DNA of 64,000 nt from Escherichia coli (lineage in GTDB: Bacteria > Pseudomonadota > Gammaproteobacteria > Enterobacterales > Enterobacteriaceae), in the NCBI RefSeq assembly GCF_003334255.1, contig NZ_QOWU01000001.1; one strand, written 5' to 3'. The notes under the pieces are model-generated. The model ran no database searches and was not told where the DNA came from. It saw only the letters and a list, made by a program, of their open reading frames with translations. Shown one piece after another: positions 1-12,216 of the stretch (positions are counted from its first letter, which is position 1; the number at the start of each line of letters is the position of its first letter). The position numbers and the translations under genes are program-made.

Positions 1-18
1 TTTGATTTCAGTACTCAT
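1..18 (-). CDS. lpd: dihydrolipoyl dehydrogenase (E3), first 6 codons only; gene runs off the window start
   Basis: Reverse complement of 1..18 reads ATG AGT ACT GAA ATC AAA = MSTEIK, the Lpd N-terminus as I recall it, sitting ~325 bp downstream of aceF. Confidence 0.6.
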
Positions 19-342
19 CATGACCTCTATATATTTATCTCCGGCGGTCATACCCGTCGTCTTTCAGGCCGCAGCGGCGTTAGCTTCACGCCCTCACCCC
101 AGTCACTTACTTATGTAAGCTCCTGGGGATTCTGGCGCTTGCTACCTTGCTGCACCCAGAAATCCATAGGGTATGTGAAGTAATACCCTAACCACCACCG
201 GGTCGTTCTATCCGTCGGTATTTTACAAAATTGTTAACAATTTTTAAACAACAAACGGCAACCGATTTGTCTATTCGCTAATAACCTCAATACATTCATG
301 AGATTACCAGAAAAAAGCCGGCCGTTGGGCCGGCTCTTTTAC
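19..342 (-). promoter_or_regulatory. aceF-lpd intergenic region holding the independent lpd promoter
   Basis: 324-bp non-coding gap between aceF stop and lpd start; lpd is known to have its own promoter here; individual sites not resolved. Confidence 0.4.
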
Positions 343-2235
343 TTACATCACCAGACGGCGAATGTCAGACAGCGTGTTGTTAATGATGGTAATGAAACGG
401 GCACCATCAGCACCGTCGATCACGCGGTGGTCGAAGGAGAGAGAAATCGGCAGCATCAGACGCGGCACGAACTCTTTACCATTCCACACCGGCTCCATCG
501 CGGACTTGGAAACGCCGAGGATAGCCACTTCCGGCGCGTTCACAATCGGCGCGAAGTGGGTAGTACCCAGGCCGCCGATGCTGGAGATGGTGAAGCAACC
601 GCCCTGCATTTCGCCCGCAGTCAGCTTACCGTCACGCGCTTTCTTAGAAATAGTCATCAGCTCGCGAGACAGCTCGATGATGCCTTTCTTGTTGACGTCT
701 TTGAATACCGGAACAACCAGACCGTTCGGGGTATCCACCGCCACACCGATGTTGATGTATTTCTTCAGGGTCAGACGCTGACCGTCTTCCGACAGCGAAC
801 TATTGAAGCGAGGCATCTGCTCAAGAGCTGCAGCAACGGCTTTCATGATGAAGACAACCGGGGTGATCTTCACATCCAGCTTACGTTTCGCCGCTTCTTC
901 GTTCTGCTGTTTACGGAACGCTTCCAACTCGGTGATATCGGTTTTGTCGAAGTGAGTAACATGCGGGATCATTACCCAGTTACGGCTCAGGTTCGCACCA
1001 GAGATTTTCTGGATGCGGCCCAGTTCCACTTCTTCGATTTCACCAAACTTGCTGAAGTCCACCTTCGGCCACGGCAGCATGCCAGGGATACCACCGCCAG
1101 TCGCTGCCGGAGCTGCTTCTGCACGTTTGATAGCTTCTTTCACGTAAGCCTGAACGTCTTCGCGCAGGATACGACCTTTACGGCCAGTGCCCTTCACTTT
1201 CGCAAGGTTAACACCAAACTCGCGTGCCAGACGGCGGATCAGCGGAGTCGCGTGAACATAAGCGTCGTTTTCAGCAAATTCAGATTTGCCTTCCGCTTTC
1301 GCAGCTGGTGCTGCTGCCGGGGCTTCAGCTTTTGCTGCCGGTGCCGGCGCTGCCGCTTCCTGTTTCGCAGGAGCTGCCGCAGGCGCTGCGCCTTCAACTT
1401 CGAAGATCATAATCAGCGAGCCAGTTTTCACTTTATCGCCAACGTTGACTTTCAGTTCCTTCACGACGCCTGCAAACGGCGCCGGAACTTCCATAGAAGC
1501 TTTGTCGCCTTCTACGGTGATCAGTGACTGTTCAGCGGCAACTTTGTCGCCCACTTTCACCATCACTTCAGTCACTTCAACTTCGTCACCGCCGATATCC
1601 GGAACGTTAACTTCTTTCACGCCAGCCGCTGGTGCAGGGGCCGCTGCCGGAGCTGCTTCCTGTTTAGCGGCCGGAGCTGCCGCGCCTGCTTCACCCGCGA
1701 CTTCGAAGACCATAATCAGCGAGCCGGTAGACACTTTGTCACCCACGTTCACTTTGATCTCTTTCACGGTGCCAGCAAACGGAGCCGGAACTTCCATAGA
1801 AGCCTTGTCGCCTTCTACGGTGATCAGCGACTGTTCAGCTTCAACTTTATCGCCAACTTTCACCAGGATTTCGGTCACTTCAACTTCGTCGCTGCCGATA
1901 TCCGGAACGTTAACGTCTTTTGCCGCCGCAGCCGCTGGTGCTGCTGCCGGAGCTGCTTCTTTCTTCTCTTCTGCCTGAGCAGGTGCAGCGTCTGCTGCAC
2001 CGTCGGCGGAATCGAAAATCATAATCAGTGCGCCGGTCTGGGTTTTATCGCCAACAGAGACTTTGATCTCTTTAACGATACCCGCCTGCGGAGACGGAAC
2101 TTCCATAGAGGCTTTGTCGCCTTCTACGGTGATCAGCGACTGTTCGGCTTCAACTTTGTCGCCCACTTTGACCAGGATCTCGGTGATTTCAACTTCATCA
2201 GCCCCGATGTCCGGTACTTTGATTTCGATAGCCAT
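343..2235 (-). CDS. aceF: pyruvate dehydrogenase E2, dihydrolipoyllysine acetyltransferase (630 aa)
   Basis: ORF track 343..2235; N-terminus [28 protein letters not shown]; three repeated lipoyl-domain motifs ([15 protein letters not shown]) with Ala/Pro linkers; C-terminal catalytic motif DHRVIDGA. Confidence 0.97.
1340..2235. repeat. three tandem ~300-bp intragenic repeats encoding the three lipoyl domains of E2
   Basis: ORF translation shows the lipoyl-domain block three times; the reverse-strand Ala-rich ORF 1286..1978 is a by-product of this repeat. Confidence 0.8.
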
Positions 2236-2249
2236 TATTCTTTTACCTC

Positions 2250-4913
2250 TTACGCCAGACGCGGGTTAACTTTATCTGCATCGATGTTGAATTTGGCGAT
2301 TGCGTCAGCAACCACTTTCTTATCGATTTCGCCACGTTTAGCCAGTTCGCCCAGCGCCGCAACCACGACATAAGAAGCATCAACTTCGAAGTGGTGACGC
2401 AGGTTCTCACGGCTGTCGGAACGACCGAAGCCATCAGTACCCAGTACGCGGTAGTCGTCAGCCGGTACGTAAGTACGGACCTGCTCAGCGAACAGTTTCA
2501 TATAGTCGGTAGATGCCACTGCCGGAGCGTCGTTCATCACCTGAGCGATATACGGAACGCGCGGAGTTTCCAGCGGGTGCAGCATGTTCCAGCGTTCACA
2601 ATCCTGACCATCACGCGCCAGCTCGGTGAAGGAGGTCACGCTATAAACGTCAGAACCTACGCCGTAATCTTTCGCCAGGATCTCAGCTGCTTCACGGACG
2701 TGACGCAGGATAGAACCGGAGCCGAGCAGCTGAACTTTACCTTTGCTACCTTCAATAGTTTCGAGTTTGTAGATACCTTTACGGATACCTTCCTCAGCAC
2801 CTTCCGGCATTGCCGGCATGTGGTAGTTTTCGTTCAGCGTAGTGATGTAGTAGTAAACGTTCTCTTGTTTTTCACCGTACATACGCTCCAGACCGTCATG
2901 CATGATGACAGCAACTTCGTAAGCGTAAGCCGGGTCGTAAGAGATACAGTTCGGGATAGTCAGCGACTGAATGTGGCTGTGACCATCTTCGTGCTGCAGA
3001 CCTTCGCCGTTCAGGGTGGTACGACCGGAAGTACCGCCGATCAGGAAGCCACGCGCTTGCTGGTCGCCAGCCGCCCAGCACAGATCGCCAATACGCTGGA
3101 AGCCGAACATCGAGTAATAGATGTAGAACGGGATCATCGGCAGATTGTTGGTGCTGTAAGAGGTCGCCGCTGCCAGCCAGGAACAACCTGCGCCCAGCTC
3201 GTTGATCCCTTCCTGCAGAATCTGACCTTTCTCGTCTTCTTTATAGTAAGCAACCTGCTCGCGGTCCTGCGGGGTGTACTGCTGACCGTTCGGGCTGTAA
3301 ATACCAATCTGACGGAACAGACCTTCCATACCGAAAGTACGCGCTTCGTCGGCGATGATCGGTACCAGACGATCTTTGATCGACTTGTTCTTCAGCATCA
3401 CGTTCAGAGCACGAACGAAAGCGATAGTGGTAGAGATCTCTTTGCTCTGCTCTTCCAACAGCGCGCCGAAGTCTTGCAGGCTCGGCAGCTCAAGCTTCTC
3501 GGTGAAGTTCGGCTGACGGCTTGGCAGATAACCGTGCAGTTTCTGACGCTGAGCGTGCAGATAGGTATGCTCTTCAGAACCTTCCGGGAAGGTGATGTAC
3601 GGCAGTTTTTCGATATCTGCATCAGACACCGGCACATTGAAACGGTCGCGGATATGACGCACACCGTCCATGTTCATTTTCTTAACCTGGTGCGCGATGT
3701 TTTTACCTTCAGCCGCGTCGCCCATGCCGTAACCTTTAATGGTATGAGCAAGGATTACTGTCGCTTTGCCTTTGGTTTCCTGCGCTTTCTTGAATGCAGC
3801 GTAGATTTTCTTCGGATCGTGACCACCACGGTTCAGTGCCCAGATCTGCTCGTCAGTCCAGTCTGCAACCAGTGCTGCGGTTTCAGGATATTTACCGAAG
3901 AAGTGTTCACGAACGTACGCACCATCTTTCGATTTGAAGGTCTGGTAGTCGCCGTCAACGGTTTCGTTCATCAGCTGGATCAGTTTACCGCTGGTATCCT
4001 TACGCAGCAGTTCATCCCAACGGCTACCCCACATCACTTTGATCACGTTCCAGCCAGCACCTTCGAAGATGCCTTCCAGTTCGTTGATGATCTTGCCGTT
4101 ACCGGTGACCGGGCCGTCAAGACGCTGCAGGTTACAGTTGATAACGAAGACCAGGTTATCCAGTTTTTCACGGGTAGCGATGGTGATCGCACCTTTGGAT
4201 TCCGGTTCGTCCATTTCACCGTCACCGAGGAACGCGTAAACGGTTTGTTTAGAGGTATCTTTCAGGCCACGGTGTTCCAGATATTTCAGGAATTTAGCCT
4301 GGTAAATAGCACCAATCGGACCCAGACCCATAGATACGGTCGGGAACTGCCAGAATTCCGGCATCAGTTTCGGGTGCGGATAGGAAGAGAGGCCATTGCC
4401 GTGAACTTCCTGACGGAAGTTATCCAGCTGCTCCTGAGTCAGACGACCTTCCAGGAAAGCACGAGCGTACACGCCCGGGGAGATGTGGCCCTGGAAGTAA
4501 ACCAGGTCGCCGCCATCCTGCTCGTTGCGTGCACGGAAGAAGTGGTTAAAGCACACATCATAAATGGTTGCGGAAGACTGGAAGGACGCCATATGGCCGC
4601 CCAGTTCGAGGTCTTTTTTCGACGCACGCAGCACCGTCATGATGGCGTTCCAGCGGATAGCTGAACGAATACGGCGTTCCAGTTCCAGATTACCCGGATA
4701 CTCCGGTTGTTCTTCAACGGGGATGGTGTTGATGTAGTTGCTGATACCTGTGCCTGCGGCTACGTTTACACCGCCTTTGCGGGCTTCAGCAAGCAGTTGG
4801 TCGATCAGATACTGAGCACGCTCAACACCTTCTTCACGGATGACCGATTCGATCGCCTGGAGCCAGTCGCGAGTTTCGATCGGATCCACGTCATTTGGGA
4901 AACGTTCTGACAT
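2250..4913 (-). CDS. aceE: pyruvate dehydrogenase E1 component (887 aa)
   Basis: ORF track 2250..4913; N-terminus [29 protein letters not shown]; lies directly upstream of aceF. Confidence 0.97.
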
Positions 4914-5073
4914 GGGTTATTCCTTATCTATCTAATAACGTTGAGTTTTCTGGAACCTGTCCCATTGAACTCTCGCCGGAAAGCTCAATAAGACAGGTTC
5001 TACGTTTAGTTGCCGCGCTTTTATATGCGCTTGATTTACAACATCTTCTGGATAATTTTTACCAGAAAAATCA

Positions 5074-5838
5074 CTAATTCTTTCGTTGCTCCAGACGACG
5101 CAGAGAACGCTCACGGCGGCTCTCTTCACGACTTCTGTCGAGCAAAATTTCTTCGATAAAGGCCAGATGGCGATGCGATGCTTCGCGCGCTTCTTCCGGC
5201 TTACCGGCCATAATCGCTTCAAATATGCGGGTGCGGTGACTACTCACCAGCGGCAGCATCTCGCGACGCGAATAGAGCAATTCGAAGTTCTGGCGGACAT
5301 TCTGGGCCAACATCGGCTCCATACACCTTAGCAGATGAAGCAGAACCACATTGTGGGCCGCTTCGGTGACGGCAATCTGATACTGGAGTACGGCGTTTGA
5401 TTCCGCGTCCAGATCGCCAGACTGCTGCGCCAGCTCTATGGCGTGGTGGAGTTCACGGATGCGTTCCTTGTCTTCATCGGTACTACGCAGCGCGGCGTAA
5501 TAAGCGGCGATACCTTCCAGGGCGTGTCGTGTTTCGAGCAAGTCATACTGTGACTCAGGATGGTCGGAGAGCAGCTCCACCAGCGGATCGCTGAAGCTTT
5601 GCCATAGGCTGCTCTGGACAAAAGTGCCGCCACCCTGGCGACGAAGCAACAAGCCCTTCGCTTCGAGACGTTGAATCGCCTCACGCAAGGAGGGACGGGA
5701 GACGTCAAACTGTTTTGCCAGTTCGCGTTCCGGTGGGAGTTTTTCGCCCGGGCGGAGAGTGCCTTCGAGGATCAAAAACTCCAGTTGCTGCTCAATCACA
5801 TCGGAGAGTTTTGGTTGGCGGATTTTGCTGTAGGCCAT
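5074..5838 (-). CDS. pdhR: pyruvate dehydrogenase complex repressor, GntR family (254 aa)
   Basis: ORF 5074..5871 trimmed to the ATG at 5836..5838 giving [26 protein letters not shown]; the longer ORF-track start is an upstream in-frame alternative. Confidence 0.93.
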
Positions 5839-5869
5839 GAGTTCCTGTCTTAAGCCACTTGCCGAAGTC

Positions 5870-5886
5870 AATTGGTCTTACCAATT
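5870..5886. promoter_or_regulatory. PdhR operator palindrome AATTGGTcttACCAATT in the pdhR promoter
   Basis: Perfect 7-bp inverted repeat with 3-bp spacer, 32 bp upstream of the pdhR start; matches the PdhR box consensus ATTGGTnnnACCAAT. Confidence 0.8.
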
Positions 5887-6267
5887 TCATGTCTGTGACG
5901 CTAAAGTAACAAAGTATTCACCTTATGTCCATACAGGTTTTGATTGAAATCATGAAACTGTGCACATTTTAACAACTTGACATATATAACGTTTCAAAGT
6001 TGTAACTATGCACAAATGTAGACTTTACGTAGGAAAGGAGTTTTTTAACGATTATTAAACTATAAAAATCCGAATTGAACCGATTCACTTACCAATTTTG
6101 TGATTTTTAATTCAATTAAAACGAATTTAAATTCATTCTACATATTGAGAGGGGTTGAGGCTGAGCTTTACAAACGGTTTCTTTTTAAGCAACTCATCTT
6201 CAACCATGCATAAAGCGGGTGCATTCGCTGCCGCATACCATTATTCTTGATCTGACGGAAGTCTTTT

Positions 6268-6308
6268 TGTAACAATTCAAACTTCTTTGATGTAAACAAA
6301 TTAATACA
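6268..6308 (+). promoter_or_regulatory. TyrR box region of the aroP promoter
   Basis: TGTAAACAAATTAATACA at 6291..6308 approximates the TyrR box TGTAAA-N6-TTTACA; a weaker TGTAAC-containing half lies just upstream; 70-110 bp before the aroP ATG. Confidence 0.45.
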
Positions 6309-6378
6309 ACAAACGGAATTGCAAACTTACACACGCATCACTGCGTAGATCAAAAAAACAACCACCGCACGAGGTTTC

Positions 6379-7752
6379 ATGATGGAAGGTCAACAGCACG
6401 GCGAGCAGCTAAAGCGCGGCCTTAAAAACCGCCATATTCAGCTTATCGCGCTGGGTGGCGCGATAGGGACCGGGTTATTCCTGGGTAGCGCCTCCGTAAT
6501 ACAGTCCGCAGGGCCAGGGATTATCCTGGGTTACGCCATTGCTGGTTTTATCGCCTTTCTGATCATGCGTCAGCTGGGTGAAATGGTGGTCGAAGAACCT
6601 GTCGCAGGCTCCTTTAGCCACTTTGCTTATAAATACTGGGGCAGTTTTGCCGGTTTCGCCTCTGGCTGGAACTACTGGGTACTGTACGTTTTAGTTGCCA
6701 TGGCTGAGCTGACTGCCGTGGGTAAATACATTCAGTTCTGGTATCCGGAAATCCCCACCTGGGTTTCTGCCGCCGTATTCTTTGTGGTGATTAACGCCAT
6801 CAACCTGACCAACGTTAAAGTGTTTGGCGAGATGGAGTTCTGGTTTGCCATTATCAAAGTTATCGCGGTGGTAGCGATGATCATCTTCGGCGGCTGGCTG
6901 CTATTCAGTGGCAACGGCGGCCCGCAGGCGACCGTTAGCAACCTGTGGGATCAGGGTGGTTTCCTGCCGCACGGCTTCACCGGGCTGGTGATGATGATGG
7001 CGATTATCATGTTCTCGTTCGGTGGTCTGGAACTGGTGGGGATCACCGCAGCAGAAGCTGATAACCCGGAGCAAAGTATACCGAAAGCAACTAACCAGGT
7101 TATCTACCGCATCCTGATTTTCTATATTGGTTCGTTAGCCGTTCTGCTCTCACTGATGCCGTGGACCCGCGTTACCGCCGATACCAGTCCGTTTGTGCTG
7201 ATCTTCCACGAGTTAGGCGATACCTTTGTGGCGAATGCGCTGAACATCGTGGTACTGACTGCGGCGCTCTCCGTGTACAACAGCTGCGTATATTGCAACA
7301 GCCGTATGCTGTTTGGTCTGGCACAACAGGGTAATGCGCCAAAAGCGCTGGCGTCTGTCGATAAACGTGGTGTACCAGTAAATACCATTCTGGTGTCTGC
7401 ACTGGTAACGGCGTTGTGCGTACTGATTAACTACCTTGCCCCAGAGTCCGCTTTCGGACTGTTAATGGCGCTGGTGGTATCTGCACTGGTAATCAACTGG
7501 GCGATGATTAGCCTGGCGCATATGAAATTCCGTCGCGCCAAGCAGGAACAAGGCGTGGTAACTCGCTTCCCTGCTCTGCTTTATCCGCTGGGTAACTGGA
7601 TCTGCCTGCTGTTTATGGCGGCGGTACTGGTGATTATGCTGATGACCCCAGGAATGGCGATTTCGGTATACCTGATCCCGGTATGGCTGATCGTGTTAGG
7701 TATCGGCTATCTGTTTAAAGAGAAAACCGCCAAAGCCGTAAAAGCGCATTAA
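6379..7752 (+). CDS. aroP: aromatic amino acid:H+ symporter (457 aa)
   Basis: ORF track; MMEGQQHGEQLKRGLKNRHIQLIALGGAIGTGLF; APC-family permease; divergent from pdhR. Confidence 0.96.
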   Translation: MMEGQQHGEQLKRGLKNRHIQLIALGGAIGTGLFLGSASVIQSAGPGIILGYAIAGFIAFLIMRQLGEMVVEEPVAGSFSHFAYKYWGSFAGFASGWNYWVLYVLVAMAELTAVGKYIQFWYPEIPTWVSAAVFFVVINAINLTNVKVFGEMEFWFAIIKVIAVVAMIIFGGWLLFSGNGGPQATVSNLWDQGGFLPHGFTGLVMMMAIIMFSFGGLELVGITAAEADNPEQSIPKATNQVIYRILIFYIGSLAVLLSLMPWTRVTADTSPFVLIFHELGDTFVANALNIVVLTAALSVYNSCVYCNSRMLFGLAQQGNAPKALASVDKRGVPVNTILVSALVTALCVLINYLAPESAFGLLMALVVSALVINWAMISLAHMKFRRAKQEQGVVTRFPALLYPLGNWICLLFMAAVLVIMLMTPGMAISVYLIPVWLIVLGIGYLFKEKTAKAVKAH

Positions 7753-7761
7753 TCTCTCTAC

Positions 7762-7786
7762 GCCCTCACCCGTACAGGGTGAGGGC
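7762..7786. terminator. stem-loop between convergent aroP and ampE
   Basis: GCCCTCACCC gtaca GGGTGAGGGC, a perfect 10-bp stem, lying between the aroP stop (7752) and ampE stop (7795). Confidence 0.7.
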
Positions 7787-7794
7787 AATAATCT

Positions 7795-8649
7795 TTACAC
7801 CAACGCCCCGTAAATCGTCAGTAGTGCAATCACCACCACGACCACGAACGAGGTTTTCTTCGCCATTGAAACCGCTGCCTTCGGCGTCTCCACCTTATCG
7901 ACATGCGGTTCACGCGCCAGAGAGAACTGCGCCAGACGCGTTAACACCTGATACTGCGAAGTATGGAAATCACCCAGCGAAGCAAACCAGGCCGGTAACG
8001 CTTTCTCACCATGACCGATCAAGGCATATACCACACCCGCAAGACGAACCGGCACCCAATCCAGTACATGAAGCACGGCATCAATGCCGGACTGTAAACG
8101 ATGATGCGGCGTCTGATATCGCGCCAGCCAGTATTGCCATGCACGCAAAAACGCATACCCCATCAGCGTAACGGGTCCCCAGGTTCCCCCCACAATCAGC
8201 CAGAACAGCGGTGCAAGATAAAAACGAAAGTTAATCCACAGCAATGCATTTTGCAGCTCACGCAAATACTCACGTTCGTCGCAGCCTGCCGGGACGCCGT
8301 GAATCATGGTGAGTTCGCCAGCCATCGTGGCACGGGCATGGCTATCATTACGTGAAGCAGCTGTCAGATAAGCATGATAATGAAGACGAACTTTACCTGC
8401 GCCAATACACAGCAAACCAATCAGCAGCCACACCAGTAGCGTGGGAACGTTGAACAATACTCCCTGCAATGCGCGTAACAGTAAAAAAGTCACGCCCATC
8501 GCAATAATGGTCATGCCTAACGTGCGCCCGAGAGAAAAATGTTTCACCCGCCGAAAGAACGCTTCAAGACGATGATCAAGCTGCCAGTGCTCGCCCAACT
8601 TAAACAGGCGCTCGAAAATTAACACCAGTAAGGTTGTAAATAGCGTCAT
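7795..8649 (-). CDS. ampE: inner membrane protein AmpE (284 aa)
   Basis: ORF 7795..8688 trimmed to the [23 protein letters not shown] start; overlaps the ampD stop by 4 bp (ATGA). Confidence 0.92.
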
Positions 8650-9197
8650 GTTGTCTCCTTGCTGACCAGCACACGAAACCGTGCCCAATCAAATGCAGGA
8701 CCGGGATCGGTTTTCCGATCCGGCGCAATATCACAATGGCCCGTCATGTTTTTAGCGATATCCGGATAGCAATCAATCAGTGCCCGCGTAACCGCCGCAA
8801 GCTGTTGATACTGCGCATCGGTATACGCCAGCGTATCGGTGCCTTCAAGCTCAATCCCAATAGAAAAATCATTGCAGCGTTCGCGCCCCTGATACTGAGA
8901 GACTCCCGCATGCCATGCACGTTTATCGAAAGGAACATACTGGACTATTTCACCATCACGGCGAATCAAACAGTGAGCGGAGACGCGCAAATGGGCGATC
9001 TCAGCAAAGAAAGGATGTGCCTGCGGATCAATAGTTCCAGTGAATAATGCGTCGATCCACGGACCGCCAAACTCGCCTGGCGGCAGGCTAATATTGTGCA
9101 CCACCAGCAGGGTGGGTGTTTCGTCATCCGGGCGGCAATCGTAATGTGGTGAGGGAACGCGGCGCGCGCCAACCAGCCACCCCTGTTCTAACAACAT
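8646..9197 (-). CDS. ampD: 1,6-anhydro-N-acetylmuramyl-L-alanine amidase (183 aa)
   Basis: ORF track; [26 protein letters not shown]; amidase_2/PGRP fold; ATG at 9195..9197. Confidence 0.96.
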
Positions 9198-9224
9198 GCA
9201 GGATCTCCTTATATGTGGTGCTAA

Positions 9225-10178
<954 letters not shown>

Positions 10179-10380
10179 TAGTTGACAGATTTATCCGCTC
10201 CATCGCGGGCGGATAATCTCCCCTTCCCCAACTTTCTTCGTAACGCCTCGCAAATTTCTTGTCTTTCGCTGCAACGAAATAAAAAACCTCGGAATCTGCT
10301 TTCCCGTTTCGTTTTTTGCCCCTCGCCTGTGCTGATGGCGTTTGCCAAAGTAGCGCCAACCAAATCAAGGAGCGAAACAG

Positions 10381-10821
10381 ATGGACAAGCAACGCGGTTT
10401 TACACTTATCGAACTGATGGTGGTTATTGGCATCATTGCCATTTTAAGCGCCATTGGTATTCCCGCTTATCAAAACTACCTGCGCAAAGCCGCACTCACC
10501 GACATGCTACAAACCTTTGTGCCTTACCGTACCGCCGTAGAGTTGTGCGCGCTGGAACATGGTGGATTAGATACCTGCGACGGTGGCAGCAATGGCATTC
10601 CCTCGCCTACCACCACCCGCTATGTTTCAGCCATGAGTGTGGCAAAGGGCGTGGTGTCGCTGACCGGGCAAGAAAGTCTCAATGGGCTAAGCGTCGTCAT
10701 GACACCGGGTTGGGATAACGCAAACGGCGTCACCGGCTGGACGCGCAACTGCAATATTCAAAGTGACAGCGCATTGCAGCAAGCCTGCGAAGATGTCTTC
10801 CGCTTTGATGACGCCAACTAA
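10381..10821 (+). CDS. ppdD: type IV prepilin-like major pilin (146 aa)
   Basis: ORF track; N-terminal prepilin signature MDKQRGFTLIELMVVIGIIAILSAIGIPAY with the G/F cleavage site and hydrophobic helix. Confidence 0.95.
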   Translation: MDKQRGFTLIELMVVIGIIAILSAIGIPAYQNYLRKAALTDMLQTFVPYRTAVELCALEHGGLDTCDGGSNGIPSPTTTRYVSAMSVAKGVVSLTGQESLNGLSVVMTPGWDNANGVTGWTRNCNIQSDSALQQACEDVFRFDDAN

Positions 10822-10830
10822 GGAGCGGCA

Positions 10831-12216
10831 ATGAATATTCCACAGCTCACTGCCCTGTGTCTGCGTTATCATGGAGTCTTGCTGGATGCCAGCGAAGAGG
10901 TGGTTCATGTTGCGGTAGTCGATGCACCTTCGCATGAGCTACTGGACGCATTGCATTTCGCTACCACCAAACGTATTGAGATCACCTGCTGGACGCGCCA
11001 ACAAATGGAAGGTCACGCCAGTCGCACACAACAGACATTGCCCGTAGCTGTTCAGGAGAAGCATCAGCCCAAAGCAGAGTTGCTAACTCGAACGTTACAA
11101 TCTGCGCTGGAACAACGCGCGTCTGATATTCATATCGAACCAGCGGACAATGCCTACCGCATCCGCTTGCGTATCGACGGCGTATTGCATCCTTTACCGG
11201 ATGTTTCACCGGATGCCGGAGTCGCATTAACCGCCAGATTAAAAGTGCTGGGAAACCTGGATATTGCGGAACATCGCCTGCCGCAGGACGGGCAATTCAC
11301 TGTCGAACTGGCAGGAAACGCCGTCTCATTTCGTATTGCGACCTTACCATGTCGGGGTGGTGAAAAGGTGGTATTAAGGTTGTTACAGCAGGTGGGTCAG
11401 GCACTGGATGTCAACACGCTTGGAATGCAGCCGTTACAACTGGCGGACTTTGCTCATGCCTTGCAACAACCACAGGGACTGGTGCTGGTAACTGGCCCTA
11501 CCGGCAGCGGCAAAACGGTCACGCTTTATAGTGCCCTGCAAAAGCTGAATACCGCTGACATTAATATTTGTAGCGTCGAAGATCCAGTTGAGATCCCCAT
11601 AGCCGGACTAAACCAGACGCAAATCCATCCGCGTGCCGGACTCACCTTTCAGGGCGTTTTGCGTGCGTTATTGCGCCAGGATCCTGACGTCATCATGATC
11701 GGAGAGATCCGCGATGGCGAAACAGCAGAGATCGCTATTAAAGCGGCGCAAACTGGTCACCTGGTGTTGTCTACCCTACACACTAATTCCACCTGCGAAA
11801 CGCTGGTACGTTTACAGCAAATGGGGGTCGCCCGCTGGATGCTATCATCGGCGCTTACGCTGGTAATAGCCCAGCGTCTGGTACGCAAACTTTGCCCACA
11901 TTGTCGCCGGCAGCAAGGGGAGCCCATCCACATTCCAGACAATGTATGGCCATCGCCGCTGCCCCACTGGCAGGCACCCGGTTGTGTACATTGCTACCAC
12001 GGTTTTTATGGTCGTACGGCCTTATTTGAAGTTCTGCCCATAACGCCGGTCATTCGTCAGCTTATTTCCGCTAATACCGACGTTGAATCGCTGGAAACGC
12101 ACGCACGACAGGCGGGTATGCGTACGCTTTTTGAAAACGGCTGCCTGGCCGTAGAGCAAGGCTTAACCACCTTTGAAGAGTTAATCCGCGTACTGGGGAT
12201 GCCGCATGGCGAGTAA
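10831..12216 (+). CDS. hofB: type IV pilus assembly ATPase, GspE/PilB family (461 aa)
   Basis: ORF track; Walker A GPTGSGKT and a C-terminal CPHC-type tetracysteine motif; follows ppdD. Confidence 0.94.
   Translation: MNIPQLTALCLRYHGVLLDASEEVVHVAVVDAPSHELLDALHFATTKRIEITCWTRQQMEGHASRTQQTLPVAVQEKHQPKAELLTRTLQSALEQRASDIHIEPADNAYRIRLRIDGVLHPLPDVSPDAGVALTARLKVLGNLDIAEHRLPQDGQFTVELAGNAVSFRIATLPCRGGEKVVLRLLQQVGQALDVNTLGMQPLQLADFAHALQQPQGLVLVTGPTGSGKTVTLYSALQKLNTADINICSVEDPVEIPIAGLNQTQIHPRAGLTFQGVLRALLRQDPDVIMIGEIRDGETAEIAIKAAQTGHLVLSTLHTNSTCETLVRLQQMGVARWMLSSALTLVIAQRLVRKLCPHCRRQQGEPIHIPDNVWPSPLPHWQAPGCVHCYHGFYGRTALFEVLPITPVIRQLISANTDVESLETHARQAGMRTLFENGCLAVEQGLTTFEELIRVLGMPHGE

Noticed and set aside
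298-1527. 409-aa plus-strand ORF
   Set aside because: Lies entirely antisense to aceF; Cys/Arg-rich low-complexity translation typical of the reverse frame of a GC-rich gene
1286-1978. 230-aa Ala/Ser/Thr-rich plus-strand ORF
   Set aside because: Antisense shadow of the repeated aceF lipoyl and linker region
2391-4664. 757-aa plus-strand ORF
   Set aside because: Antisense to aceE; no recognisable domain; the real gene is on the minus strand
5839-5871. N-terminal extensions of ORF-track entries (pdhR, also ampE, nadC, rsmH, mraZ, ilvH, ilvI, leuO, sgrR, thiQ, araC, araA, ftsW, leuB)
   Set aside because: The ORF finder takes the most upstream ATG/GTG/TTG; the trimmed internal starts reproduce the recognised N-termini and expected lengths
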